Shown: positions 54,701-63,921 of the stretch, piece after piece
How positions within the stretch are numbered: the first letter of the stretch is position 1
How the letters are laid out: each line of letters begins with the position of its first letter
Origin: an uncultured Verrucomicrobiota bacterium
Lineage (GTDB): Bacteria; Verrucomicrobiota; Verrucomicrobiia; Limisphaerales; CAIQOK01
DNA: 64,000 bases
Reading direction: 5' to 3'
NCBI GenBank assembly: GCA_903873415.1
Contig: CAIQOK010000163.1
Location: 11,985 to 75,984, forward strand
The notes under the pieces: generated by a model
Seen by the model: only the letters and a program-made list of their open reading frames with translations
What the model was told of the DNA's origin: nothing
The model's database searches: none
Position numbers and translations under genes: made by a program

Positions 54701-54807
54701 AAAATGCCGCAAACCAAGAGGAGGAGGAGCAGCCAAAGGGTGATGCGTAGGCTGCGGAAACCGATGCGCAAGCGGCGCCAAAAAGAGTTTGGTTTGCGCT
54801 GCACCAT
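51787..54807 (-). CDS. AsmA/YhdP-like large envelope protein
   Basis: 1006 aa with a single N-terminal TM helix (ITLWLLLLLLVCGIFYL) followed by GLPDFVKRPVLEKLRAGGIDLRF. The body is long and beta-rich, and the C-terminus reads ...LFEYKVTGTLDAPKTEP, as in the YhdP/AsmA family. Confidence 0.68.
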   Translation of the reverse strand: MVQRKPNSFWRRLRIGFRSLRITLWLLLLLLVCGIFYLNRVGLPDFVKRPVLEKLRAGGIDLRFTRMRWHWERGIVAENVAFGPTADAAAPSLTLREVAVGINLSALLHRHLQVDSLWLRQGRFSWPLSTNLTPRELAFENIQAELHLLPHDVWQLQPFRASFAGADIQLDAVITNASSIRDWKSFQASPARPAGVIQERLTLLADTLAKIHYSTPPRLKLEVRGDARNLSGLVARLTLQAADAQTPWGQVHQGNLSMALVPAGSNGAVRLELHLNAARAQTPWAITTNLTLSINADAAAPDSDTFPARLHLRAATARTPWGSADGVGLNAEWLQSLTHALPLNARAGLHVAEARSPWGSARDASLNLNFFPATPIFTMSGTTNGWPFWQTLTPFEVAFAARAREAQFSKLNADELSCSGRWLAPELQISNLTAKLYGGTLDMQAGLNTITRKLRFNGRSGFEPHGLSGMLTEKSRHWLEQFSWSSPPRLQAAGTLTLPAWTRAWPDWQNEVQPTVSLQGYVQMDHAAFRGVTTDTLAAHFSYSNRFWRVPDLLATRPEGTLNLSHQSDEVTHSYSFQIHSTLDPLLIRPLLNTNQQRRFKLAGFTQPPVIDAEIHGRWYDLQGIGVRGHILVTNCSFRGQPISRVETGLDYTNGYLRCLAPRAEVGAQSAMASSVGVDLIGQRVYLTNATGQVDADVVTRMIGPKTTLIMAPYRFLHPPRVHAEGIIPIRDERLADLHFDVDGDSFQWWRLAATHISGHVDWVGEHLDLKQIQAAFYDGTAAGQAQFEFPQESPGTKFQFTVAVTNADLRALISNLSTRPGQLEGRLTGTATLTNGDTSDLTSLRGGGQVSLREGLIWSIPVFGILSPVLEGISPGLGSSRAGEASATFSITNGTLRSDDLEIRAAAVRLQYRGTLGMDRSFNARVQAELLRSTWVFGPVLSTMLWPVTKLFEYKVTGTLDAPKTEPVFILPKLLLLPLHPLRTLKELAPDSPAPPATNPLPAAP

Positions 54808-54809
54808 CG

Positions 54810-56612
54810 TCAGGGAATGTTCGCCGGGATTGTCAGATAGGTCAGCACGAATTGATACACCCCGAGCGACAGCTCAAAAATCCAAGGCGCCTGTTCAGGC
54901 GCGGCGCTGGCATAAGGCAGACCGGATGCAGCCATGCCGCCCATTTCCAGCCGGCGCTCAGTCCCGTTGGTGAGCGTCAAGGTGATGGTATGTCCGCGGG
55001 TGATGAATCCGAATTGGTCGCGCTTTGAAGTGTCACCGGCCGCCCATGCCGCCGCAGTCAACAGGCCTAGCCGATGGCAGGCCTCATCAAGGGCGGAGGC
55101 GGTGATCTCGTCCATGATGCCCTGGGAGCCCGGGGCGAATGTCCACTTGCCGGTGCCGGTGCGGAGGAGTTCACGCACCTTGCCTGCCTGTTGGATTTTG
55201 ATCCGGGCGACTTCGTTTTCCGAAAATGTCCAGATCTGCCGGTCGCGGAGCTGCCAGCTGGCGTCGGGCAGATTTTGGAAATCGGCCAGTTTGACCGCAT
55301 AGACCGGACTTTCCCCGGCGCGGCGCACGTAAATCAGATTGTCCTGGTTGGTGCCGAAGTCCAGCTGAGCCAGCACGGTGTTGGTTGGCAGGCCGGAGGC
55401 GTTGGTGCCCGCGGTTTTGACGATGAACCGGCTGATCGGTTCTGCCAAGCCCTTGGCCGGCAGGTCCTGGTCCGTGACGACATCCTTCACGAACTGCACC
55501 ACCTCCAGACCGGTGAGCTGTCCGATCAGGTTGGTGACCCAGGCTGTGTCCGCTTCGAACCCTTGTGGAAGCACCTTCCAGCGCCCGCCTTGCCGCTGCA
55601 GTTTGAACCGGTCCCGGGCGTGCACCTCGATTTCGTCAATGGGTGAGGTCGGAGTCACAAGCCGCCGGTCGCGGAAGGATTCGTGGGAGTCGCGCCAGGG
55701 TTCCAGTGGGGAGCGGGCGACGGTCACAACGGAAGGCCGGCCTTGGCACCGGGCGAAGATCTGGGATGTGTCGTTCGTGGGGCTGCGGCCGAAATCAAGA
55801 CTTAGCAGGCAGTTGGTTCCGCGCAGGAGGCTGACGCTCAGTTCCGGACTTTGCAGGCCGAAGGCTTCCAGATCCGCTTTGGGATTATCCGAAACAAAGC
55901 GCCCGGCCTGCAAGGAGCCCAATTGATGCAAGGCGCTGACCACCTTGCCCCCGTCGGCGCGGGATTCCATTGGCAGGATCATTCGCCAAAGCCGGTTGGT
56001 GGGGTCCAACTGGAGTTCGAGCACCTTGCCCGAGTTGGTCACCAGCAGCCGGTCGAAGGCGAGTTGCCGCCAGTCGGCCAGAGCCAGATCGCGCCACTCA
56101 TTTACCGTTCGCGGAATGAACCGCAGAAAACCGGCATCCACAATGAATACGCGATCATCCCCGATTACCTGCACAAAAACCTGATCGCCGGGAGCGGTCT
56201 GGTTACCGATCAGGATGCGGATGGATCTGCCGACGCAGTCCAAGGCGAGCGTCAACTGGGGGCTGGAGAATCCATAGTCCTGATCGGCTTGGGGGAGGTT
56301 CTTCAACTCTTGCGGAGAGAGGCTGGCGGGTGCCAGACGTTCTAAATTCTCAACCAGCGCCTCGATCACAGCCGGGCGGGCCCGATAGCGGATGGGATCG
56401 GTGATGTGCCAAGTGTCATTGGTGTGTTGCAGGCGGATGAGGGGGTGGCCCGCGGGTTGGATTTGAAGGCTGGTGACATGGGTGGCTTGAAAGCCGGGCA
56501 GCAGGAGCTGCGGGAGGTGTGACGGTTCAGGCTGGCGGCGTTCGATCAGGAATATAAACGCACCCAGTCCCGCTGCCAGCGTCACCCAGAACCAGGTTTG
56601 CTTGGGATTCAT
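54810..56612 (-). CDS. DUF4340-like protein
   Basis: 600 aa with an N-terminal TM helix (TWFWVTLAAGLGAFIFLI). Its repeated beta-rich modules and its position directly after a GldG-like gene are typical for DUF4340. Confidence 0.65.
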   Translation of the reverse strand: MNPKQTWFWVTLAAGLGAFIFLIERRQPEPSHLPQLLLPGFQATHVTSLQIQPAGHPLIRLQHTNDTWHITDPIRYRARPAVIEALVENLERLAPASLSPQELKNLPQADQDYGFSSPQLTLALDCVGRSIRILIGNQTAPGDQVFVQVIGDDRVFIVDAGFLRFIPRTVNEWRDLALADWRQLAFDRLLVTNSGKVLELQLDPTNRLWRMILPMESRADGGKVVSALHQLGSLQAGRFVSDNPKADLEAFGLQSPELSVSLLRGTNCLLSLDFGRSPTNDTSQIFARCQGRPSVVTVARSPLEPWRDSHESFRDRRLVTPTSPIDEIEVHARDRFKLQRQGGRWKVLPQGFEADTAWVTNLIGQLTGLEVVQFVKDVVTDQDLPAKGLAEPISRFIVKTAGTNASGLPTNTVLAQLDFGTNQDNLIYVRRAGESPVYAVKLADFQNLPDASWQLRDRQIWTFSENEVARIKIQQAGKVRELLRTGTGKWTFAPGSQGIMDEITASALDEACHRLGLLTAAAWAAGDTSKRDQFGFITRGHTITLTLTNGTERRLEMGGMAASGLPYASAAPEQAPWIFELSLGVYQFVLTYLTIPANIP

Positions 56613-56624
56613 GGCGCGTGAGGG

Positions 56625-58100
56625 CTATTTGCTGCGGCGAAACCAGATCAGCACACCGGAGAGCAAAATGCCGCCGGGCAGCGCCCCGAGCAGCAGCCAT
56701 TGCACCGCTTGCATTTGGGGCCGGGTCAGGGTCAGCCGGTATTCCATAACCGGCCTAGGCCCCAAACCCTGCAGCAAGGCCGGGCGGTCGAGCAGCCAGT
56801 TGGCCGCATAACCTGCGAAATCGCGGTTCGCACCGGACTCAATCTGGCGGTTTCCAAGAAACAGGGCGTCGCCAGCCACCAGAATGCGGGTCGCCCCGCG
56901 TTCACTCACAACACCCTTTACAGTGCCTTTATCCACAGCTGCCAGCAGCGCAAGCGCCTGTCGGGGTGGCGAGGTTTCGGCCCCCTCGAGAAAGGAGCGC
57001 GGCCCGGAGAATGCGATTTCCTCCACGCTGGGGGCGTCGGCTGCCTGCGCGGAGAGATCCAGCTTGCGGATGGCCCGTGGCAGGATCAGTTGCAGCCGGG
57101 ATCCAAGCAGCGGATTGACCACAGGATGTTTGGAAAAGGTCCCCACGATGACATCCGTTCCCACCGTGGTATAATCGGGGTCCTTGACAATCTGGGGGCT
57201 GACGCCGACGCCCCAACGAGTGAGGGTTTTTTCCAGGCCGCAAGGGTGCCCTGCGGAGTAGGCGCTGAAGAGCACAAACAAATGTCCCCCCTCGTCCAGG
57301 TATTTTTCCACCCGTTCCAACTCCAAGGGCGGGATGGCGTCGCGCGGGCCGGCGATGACAAGCAGGTTGCAATCGGCTGGAACGGCATTGGTGAGGAGCG
57401 AGATGGACTCGCATTGGATATGGTTTTGCTGCAGTACGGCTGCGAACTTGGCCAGCCCCTCATCTGCGGTGTCACCGGGGGATTGTTCGCCATGGCCTTG
57501 GAGGAAGCAGGCCTTGAGGGCTTTGGGGCTGGTGACGGCGAGGATGGCGGAGCTGAACCGCATCTCGCCGTTGAAGGCCACGGGCCGGCGGCGGAATTCG
57601 CGTTCGGTCTGATTGGGCACCGGCTCGAGAGAGAATTGGGCCAGAAGGTTGCCGTCGACCACCCGGGAGTTGCCGCCGCAATCAAAAATCACCAGATTCT
57701 TGTTCGTCGCCGCCCCCAGATTGTATTTGAGCTTCACCTGCTCGGCCGCGCCCGGATCACGATAGTAATCCACCGTGGCGACGCTCAGATTGGGTGCCGC
57801 GGCGCGGTATTCCTTGAGCAGGTCGGTGATGTCGCTGTAGAGCGGTTCGTCTTTGTCGTAATAGAGGGTGACCTGAATCTGGTTAGTCAGCGACCTGAGG
57901 AGACTGAGGGTGCGCGTGGAAAGTTCGACGCGGGTGCGGGTGCTGAGGTGGAGGCGGCGAAAATGCCGCCCGCCGAGGTAATTGGCCATGACCAAGAGGG
58001 CCAGTGCCGCGAGGATGCCCAGAACCATATTGAGGCCCAGGCCCCATTTGCGGCCGGGCGAAAAACTGGATTTGACTGGTTTCCCGTTTGGCATGGTCAT
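56625..58100 (-). CDS. GldG-like ABC-transporter auxiliary protein (ABC_transp_aux family)
   Basis: The ATG at 58100 overlaps the permease stop (ATGA). It has N- and C-terminal TM helices and a large periplasmic domain (VTLYYDKDEPLY..., NLLVIAGP...). The track N-terminal extension (58101-58421) would overlap the permease gene. Confidence 0.78.
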   Translation of the reverse strand: MTMPNGKPVKSSFSPGRKWGLGLNMVLGILAALALLVMANYLGGRHFRRLHLSTRTRVELSTRTLSLLRSLTNQIQVTLYYDKDEPLYSDITDLLKEYRAAAPNLSVATVDYYRDPGAAEQVKLKYNLGAATNKNLVIFDCGGNSRVVDGNLLAQFSLEPVPNQTEREFRRRPVAFNGEMRFSSAILAVTSPKALKACFLQGHGEQSPGDTADEGLAKFAAVLQQNHIQCESISLLTNAVPADCNLLVIAGPRDAIPPLELERVEKYLDEGGHLFVLFSAYSAGHPCGLEKTLTRWGVGVSPQIVKDPDYTTVGTDVIVGTFSKHPVVNPLLGSRLQLILPRAIRKLDLSAQAADAPSVEEIAFSGPRSFLEGAETSPPRQALALLAAVDKGTVKGVVSERGATRILVAGDALFLGNRQIESGANRDFAGYAANWLLDRPALLQGLGPRPVMEYRLTLTRPQMQAVQWLLLGALPGGILLSGVLIWFRRSK

Positions 58101-58846
58101 TTCCAGCGCCGGCTTTCCACGACGCGCAGGGTGAAAAAAAGGAAGAACAGCGTCAGCGTCAGATAAAGAACCACCGTTCGGGTGTCGGCCACGCCGCGAA
58201 CAAAGTCGTGCATCTGGTCGGGCAGACCCAAGCGGCCCAAGACCTGCGTCTTCCAGTCGCCATCCGGCAGTTTTACGGCAAGAAAACTGACCAGAAAAAG
58301 GCTCACATTGAATCCCACGCTGATCATCGCCGCGGTGGTCTGGCTGCGGGTCAAAGCTGATGCCAAGCAACCCAGAGACACGAACACCCCACCCAACAGC
58401 ATGATACCCAGATAGGTGCAACCCAACGCCCCGCCATCGAAGCCCGACACCTCTCCGGTGTAATGCCTAAGAATCAAGATGCAACACAGCAGCGGCAGCC
58501 ACATCAGCAGATAAAACACCATCGCGGCGCTGAACTTGGCCGCCACCACCTGCAAATCGCTGACAGGGGTGGTCATGAGCGTTTCAAACGTCCCCGTGAA
58601 CTTTTCCAGGGCGAAAAGCCTCATGGTGATCACCGGCACTGCCAGTAGCAGGATCAACCAAAAGAAGGCGGTGACATAAAACAGCTCGGTCACCGGCATT
58701 GAGGTGGGTTCATCCTGCAATTTCATGAGCAGGATCACAAAGCTCAGCCCGGTCAGAAAGGCCGCGGCCGCAATGATCACATACCCGGCGAGAGAGCAGA
58801 AAAAACCCGCCAATTCGCGCCGCGTCAGAATCCACCAGGCTTGCAT
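58097..58846 (-). CDS. ABC-2 type transporter permease (GldF-like)
   Basis: 249 aa, about 6 TM helices, starting MQAWWILTRRELAGFF. Confidence 0.8.
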   Translation of the reverse strand: MQAWWILTRRELAGFFCSLAGYVIIAAAAFLTGLSFVILLMKLQDEPTSMPVTELFYVTAFFWLILLLAVPVITMRLFALEKFTGTFETLMTTPVSDLQVVAAKFSAAMVFYLLMWLPLLCCILILRHYTGEVSGFDGGALGCTYLGIMLLGGVFVSLGCLASALTRSQTTAAMISVGFNVSLFLVSFLAVKLPDGDWKTQVLGRLGLPDQMHDFVRGVADTRTVVLYLTLTLFFLFFTLRVVESRRWK

Positions 58847-59808
58847 CAGGCTTCCTCCTCCTCGCCCGGTCTGGTCACCTGAACGTAAATATCCTCCAGC
58901 GAATGCCGGCTGCGGGTCAGTTCGCGCAGGGACCAGCCCCGCTCGCGGGCCAGGGCGAAGATCTGCGGCCGTAAATCGATGCCTTCATGGGCGGTCAGCG
59001 CGCAACGGTAATAGTCTCCCTCGGCGGCGGAGACATCGAACTGCTCCACTTCGGGCATGTCTGTCCAGCACGCCCGCAGGTCGGCGGGGGGCGCGGCGAT
59101 TTCGGCGATGATCTGGCTGTTGCTGCTCATTCGCCGTTGCAAATCCTCCGGCGTGTCGGCTGCCAGAATCCTGCCCTGAAACAAAATCAGCATCCGGTTG
59201 CAGGTCACCTCTGCCTCCGGAAGGATGTGGGTGGAAATCAGCACCGTGTGCCGTGCCGCAAGGCTCTTGATGAGCTGACGCACGGAGCGGATCTGGTGAG
59301 GATCCAATCCAATCGTCGGTTCGTCCAGGATGACCAATTCCGGCTCATGGACCAGAGCGTCGGCCAGTCCCACCCGCTGGCGGTAGCCCTTGGAGAGCTG
59401 GCCGATGATTTTGCCGCCCACTTCGGTCAACTCGCACTGTTGCATGACCGTGTCGACCCGTGAACGCGAGCGTTTCCAGCCCAGCCCCTTGAGTCGGGCG
59501 CGGAATTTAAGGTATTCCCGGACGCGCATTTCGAGATGCAATGGATTGTTCTCCGGCATGTAGCCGATGCGCCGGCTTACCTCGCGCGAGTCGTGGAACA
59601 CATCGAATCCCGCCACGCGCACGCTTCCGGAGGTGCCGGGCATGAACCCTGAAAGGATTCTCAGGGTGGTGCTCTTGCCCGCCCCGTTCGGGCCGAGCAG
59701 GCCGACAATCTCCCCGCGGGCGACCGTGAAGGAGATGCCGTCCACCGCCGTATGTCCGGCATACCGCTTGGTCAGGTTCTCCACTTCGATCATGGGCGCA
59801 GCGCTCAT
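58846..59808 (-). CDS. ABC transporter ATP-binding protein (GldA-like)
   Basis: Walker A GPNGAGKSTT, signature LSKGYRQRVGLADAL and Walker B LVILDEPTIGLD. Confidence 0.92.
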   Translation of the reverse strand: MSAAPMIEVENLTKRYAGHTAVDGISFTVARGEIVGLLGPNGAGKSTTLRILSGFMPGTSGSVRVAGFDVFHDSREVSRRIGYMPENNPLHLEMRVREYLKFRARLKGLGWKRSRSRVDTVMQQCELTEVGGKIIGQLSKGYRQRVGLADALVHEPELVILDEPTIGLDPHQIRSVRQLIKSLAARHTVLISTHILPEAEVTCNRMLILFQGRILAADTPEDLQRRMSSNSQIIAEIAAPPADLRACWTDMPEVEQFDVSAAEGDYYRCALTAHEGIDLRPQIFALARERGWSLRELTRSRHSLEDIYVQVTRPGEEEEA

Positions 59809-59864
59809 TATTTAATAAGGAACTGTAGCGGACATTTTATCGGGTCGGCCAACAAAATTTCATA

Positions 59865-61289
59865 TTACCTTAAATTCAGATCCACCTCGCCTTTGCCCCA
59901 GAAGTTGGCGTTGCCGGTCCGCTGGAGCGCGGCAATGCTCAAACGCACCGCTTCTCCCGCCCGCTTTCCATAGAGCAGCTTGGCCAACAGGGTCGCGTCG
60001 CCAACCGCCTGTCCGTCCACCGCGGTGACGAGCATGCCGCTTTGCAGGCCGGCGGCGGCGGCGGGGCCGCCCGGTTGCACGTTGGAAATGGCGAAGCCCG
60101 AAGCGCGCACGCCGTAGCGCGCCAGCAACTGGGGCGTCAACGGTTCCAGTTTCATGCCGGTTTTTTCGAGAACCAGAGCCGCATTAAACACCGATTTTTC
60201 CGGGACCAGCCGCACGTTCAGATCCGTCAGCCCGCTCTTGCGCCGGACGGTGATGGCGATGTCAGCTGCGGCATTGGTGGCCAGCAGTTCGCCGAAGTCG
60301 ATGAAGTTTTTCGGAATCCGGCGGTTGACCTGCAGCAGGGCGTCTCCGATTCGGAACCCGGCGCGGCCCGCCGGACTGTCGGGCTGCACGGAGGTGACGA
60401 CCAAGGGGTAGGATCCTACTTTGACCCGGGCGCCAAACCAGTAGGATTTAACAAACTCCGTCGGCAGAATGTCGGCCAGGGCGTCTTCCACCAGGCGGAT
60501 GGGGATGGCAAAACCAATGCCCTGCACCGGTTCGCCCTTGACCTCGCTCAGGACGGCCACGTTGATACCGATGAGTTCGCCCCGCAAGTTGATCAGCGGC
60601 CCGCCGCTGTTGCCTGGATTGATAGGAGCATCGGTCTGCAACCAGTTGGGGATGTCCAGTGGGGTGTTTTCCTTGGGCAGGCTGCGGCTCTTGGAACTTA
60701 AGATCCCGCGCGTCACGGATCCGCCCAATCCGAAGGGGTTGCCCAAAGCCAGAACGGTCTCGCCCAGCAGCAGGTCGTCTTCGCGCGCCAGACGAATGGC
60801 ATGGAATTTTTCCCCCGGCCGGGCGTTGAGTTTTAATAACGCCACGTCCCTCTTCGGATCGCTCGCCACCACCGTCGCCTGATACACATTGGTGCCGGTG
60901 ACGAATTTCACGGCGATTTCCTCGACCTGGCGGACCACGTGGTCGTTGGTCAGCAGATAGCCCGACTCGTCGATCACCACGCCTGAGCCCAAGCTGTAGG
61001 GGGAGTCGGGTGCCTGCTGCCGATAATAAGGATTGAACCAGCTCTGAAAAGCCTCGGCCACCGGGTCGCGGGCCGGCACCGCGTTGCGGGTGGCAATGTT
61101 CACCACGCTGGGCAAGACTTGTTCCACCGCGTTGACCGTGGCATCGCGCCGCACGTCGTTGTCCACCAGCTCCAGAGCCGGGATCGAGGCGGGAAGCAGT
61201 AGGGCGAGCAATAAGCCGGCGGCCCCCGCGCCCCGGCCGGGATGGTCGATATGGGTGAAACGAGAGTTCATTAGTGTATCAACAGTCAA
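59865..61289 (-). CDS. HtrA/DegP-family serine protease with two PDZ domains
   Basis: Contains GSGVVIDESGYLLTNDHVV (His), DVALLKL (Asp) and GNSGGPLINLRGELIGIN (Ser). It has an N-terminal signal sequence. Confidence 0.9.
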   Translation of the reverse strand: MTVDTLMNSRFTHIDHPGRGAGAAGLLLALLLPASIPALELVDNDVRRDATVNAVEQVLPSVVNIATRNAVPARDPVAEAFQSWFNPYYRQQAPDSPYSLGSGVVIDESGYLLTNDHVVRQVEEIAVKFVTGTNVYQATVVASDPKRDVALLKLNARPGEKFHAIRLAREDDLLLGETVLALGNPFGLGGSVTRGILSSKSRSLPKENTPLDIPNWLQTDAPINPGNSGGPLINLRGELIGINVAVLSEVKGEPVQGIGFAIPIRLVEDALADILPTEFVKSYWFGARVKVGSYPLVVTSVQPDSPAGRAGFRIGDALLQVNRRIPKNFIDFGELLATNAAADIAITVRRKSGLTDLNVRLVPEKSVFNAALVLEKTGMKLEPLTPQLLARYGVRASGFAISNVQPGGPAAAAGLQSGMLVTAVDGQAVGDATLLAKLLYGKRAGEAVRLSIAALQRTGNANFWGKGEVDLNLR

Positions 61290-61560
61290 CCCCGCCCCGA
61301 GTTTTGTTCAAGAATTGCCGAGCCGACGTTGACCAGCAAAAGGCAGACCTGCTGTTAATTCAAGTAATTCCTTTCACCCCGGTCCCTCCGCGGCACCGGC
61401 GGGATCCTCCCGGGCTTAGGTCCCACGGCCCGAATCCGGCTTGACAAGGGGGATTCGGGGGCGGAAGGAACAGGACGAGGTGTTTAAATTCCCATCCAGT
61501 CCCTATGCGCTTTGGAGGCGGGAGAGCGGCGTTGCGCCACTCTTGGGCGATCGTGCCGAC

Positions 61561-62943
61561 ATGCCGCCGGAACGGCTGCTGCAGGCCGTCTGGCAGCACC
61601 AGCGACTGGTTCGCGAAGAACTGTTCCTTCTGGACGGCCGCGCGGTGCGCATTCTGCATCCTGGTTTTCTCAACCGGGAGGGCGGGCCTGATTTTCGGGA
61701 CGCAGTGATCCAGTTTGGAGACGCCTCTCCGGTGTCCGGTGATGTCGAGGTGGATCTGCAGGCGGGAGGCTGGCACGCGCACGGGCACGACACCAATCCA
61801 GCCTTCGCACGGGTAATTTTGCAGGTTTTGTGGGAGGGAGGGAGGATGGTTCCGGGGATGCCGGCGCAGTTGGCTTTGGTCAACCGGCTGGACGCGCCGC
61901 TGGGCGAGTTGGGTTTTTGGTTGAATGCCGAAGCGGAAACGACGCCGGAGAATTTATCGGGCCGGTGTTCCGGGCCTTTGCGACAGATTGCCCCGGAAGA
62001 GTGGTGTGGCCTGTTGCAGCAGGCCGCGGAGATTCGTTTTCAATCGAAGGCGTCGCAGTTTGCCGCATGCGCCCGGCAGACCGGCTGGGAGCAGGCTTTT
62101 TGGGAGGGATTGTTCCGGGGGTTGGGTTACAAACACAACGGCTGGCCCATGCAATGCCTAGCAGAGCGGCGCGGGCGTTGGTTCCTGTCTGAAAGCGCTC
62201 CCTTGGTGCTGCAGGCCCGCCTTCTGGGAATTGGGGGGCTGCTGCCGGCGGATGTGACCCGGCTGCCGGCGGGGTCCGCAAATTATCTGCGCCGGACTTG
62301 GGATCATTGGTGGCGGGAGCGCGATGCCTATGCGGATTGCCAGCTGCCGGGATCGTTATGGCGTCTGCATGGCCAGCGCCCTGCCAATCATCCGCAGCGG
62401 CGTTTGGCGCTGGCGGCCCATTGGCTGGCCAAGGGGGATTTGATTGCGAAAATCGAGCGGTGGTGCGCCGAGGAAGTCCCCGCAGCCGGGTTGGTGGACT
62501 CGTTGCTGGCGGTTCTGCAAATTGACGGGGACGACTTCTGGTCGTGGCATTGGACACTGCGTTCGCCCCGGTTGCCGCGGCCGCAGCCGTTGCTGGGGGC
62601 GGCGCGTGTGACCGATCTGGCGGTCAACGTGATCCTGCCTTGGCTTTGGGCCCGGGCGGTGGAGGGCAAGCGGCCCAAGCTGCGGCACGGCTTGGAAAAC
62701 CGTTTTTTCTCCTGGCCTGCGGCGGAGGACAACGCTGTCCTGCGTCTGGCCCGTCAGCGCCTGGGGGTGGGGGGCAGGCCGCCCACGCCCTGGCGCGCGG
62801 CGGAGCAGCAGGGGTTGATTCAAATTGTGCGCGATTATTGCGACCGGTCCAACGCGGTTTGTGGCGGCTGCAGGTTTCCGGAACTGGTCCGGAAATGGGG
62901 TGAACTGGCCGCTGAAAATCCGGGAAGTGCGAAATCGATGTAA
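61561..62943 (+). CDS. DUF2851-like protein
   Basis: The N-terminal pattern ERLLQAVWQHQRL...LDGRAVRILHPGFLNREGGPDFRDAVIQF...VEVDLQAGGWHAHGHD matches my memory of DUF2851. The ATG at 61561 is preferred over the TTG at 61441. Confidence 0.65.
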   Translation: MPPERLLQAVWQHQRLVREELFLLDGRAVRILHPGFLNREGGPDFRDAVIQFGDASPVSGDVEVDLQAGGWHAHGHDTNPAFARVILQVLWEGGRMVPGMPAQLALVNRLDAPLGELGFWLNAEAETTPENLSGRCSGPLRQIAPEEWCGLLQQAAEIRFQSKASQFAACARQTGWEQAFWEGLFRGLGYKHNGWPMQCLAERRGRWFLSESAPLVLQARLLGIGGLLPADVTRLPAGSANYLRRTWDHWWRERDAYADCQLPGSLWRLHGQRPANHPQRRLALAAHWLAKGDLIAKIERWCAEEVPAAGLVDSLLAVLQIDGDDFWSWHWTLRSPRLPRPQPLLGAARVTDLAVNVILPWLWARAVEGKRPKLRHGLENRFFSWPAAEDNAVLRLARQRLGVGGRPPTPWRAAEQQGLIQIVRDYCDRSNAVCGGCRFPELVRKWGELAAENPGSAKSM

Positions 62944-63003
62944 AAGAGTATTGACTCCCCGTCGCAGTTGAGTAATTTCTTAATTCCTTTGATTGGATTT
63001 TAG

Positions 63004-63438
63004 ATGAAAACGCATTTGCCAAAAGTTAATTTGGATCAACGCAAGTGGCATGTTATTGATGCCGACGGCGTGGTCTTGGGTCGTCTCGCCGTTCAAGTAG
63101 CCGATGTGCTGCGCGGGAAAAACAAACCCGTATACACCCCGCACCTTGATGCCGGCGACTTTGTTGTCGTCGTCAACGCGGACAAAGTCCGGGTGACCGG
63201 TAAAAAAGAAACCGACAAGGAATACATGACTTATTCCGGTTGGAAAGGTGGCGAGAAATACACCACCGTCGGCCAGATGCGCGAGCGGCATCCCGAAATG
63301 CTCATCCACCGCGCGGTGCGCGGCATGGTTCCCAAGAATCGCTTGGGACGCCAGCTGCTCACCAAACTGAAAGTATTCAAGGGTGCAACGCATCCTCATA
63401 CCGCGCAGCAGCCCGCGCCACTCGCTATCGTAAAGTAA
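63004..63438 (+). CDS. rplM: 50S ribosomal protein L13
   Basis: Contains WHVIDADGVVLGRLAVQVADVLRGKNKPVYTPHLDAGDFVVVVNA. Confidence 0.95.
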   Translation: MKTHLPKVNLDQRKWHVIDADGVVLGRLAVQVADVLRGKNKPVYTPHLDAGDFVVVVNADKVRVTGKKETDKEYMTYSGWKGGEKYTTVGQMRERHPEMLIHRAVRGMVPKNRLGRQLLTKLKVFKGATHPHTAQQPAPLAIVK

Positions 63439-63470
63439 GATTGTAACAACTCCCACAACCCTTTCACCGC

Positions 63471-63869
63471 ATGGCAGACAAAGCTCCTGAATTCCTCGGC
63501 ACCGGCCGCCGCAAAACCGCTGTGGCCCGCGTGCGCCTCTCTTCCGGCACCGGAAAAATCACCGTCAACGGCCGCGCCTTTGACAATTACTTCCCCCTCG
63601 AAAGCCTCCGCGGCACCGTATCACAGCCCTTGACCGTCACCGGCACGGCTGACAAATACGACGTGCGGATCAATGTGTCCGGTGGCGGCCCCAACGGCCA
63701 GGCCGGGGCGGTCCGACATGGAATCGCCCGGGCTCTTCTGACGGTGGATGCCGCCATGCGCGGTCCGCTCAAGGCCGAAGGATTGCTTACCCGTGATCCC
63801 CGCATGAAAGAACGCAAAAAATACGGTCAGCCCGGTGCCCGCAAGCGCTTCCAGTTCAGCAAGCGTTAA
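63471..63869 (+). CDS. rpsI: 30S ribosomal protein S9
   Basis: Contains [14 protein letters not shown] and ends [25 protein letters not shown]. Confidence 0.95.
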   Translation: MADKAPEFLGTGRRKTAVARVRLSSGTGKITVNGRAFDNYFPLESLRGTVSQPLTVTGTADKYDVRINVSGGGPNGQAGAVRHGIARALLTVDAAMRGPLKAEGLLTRDPRMKERKKYGQPGARKRFQFSKR

Positions 63870-63886
63870 TTTTTCTGGACGGTTTC

Positions 63887-63921
63887 AAACCCCGCCGGGC
63901 GAAAGCCGGCGGGGTTTTTTC
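63887..63921 (+). terminator. Rho-independent terminator of rplM-rpsI
   Basis: Sequence is ccccgccgg-gcgaaag-ccggcgggg followed by tttttt. Confidence 0.8.

Noticed and set aside
58101-58421. Upstream extension of the GldG-like ORF.
   Set aside because: It overlaps the permease gene by more than 300 nt. The ATG at 58100 forms an ATGA overlap with the permease stop and is followed by the expected TM helix.
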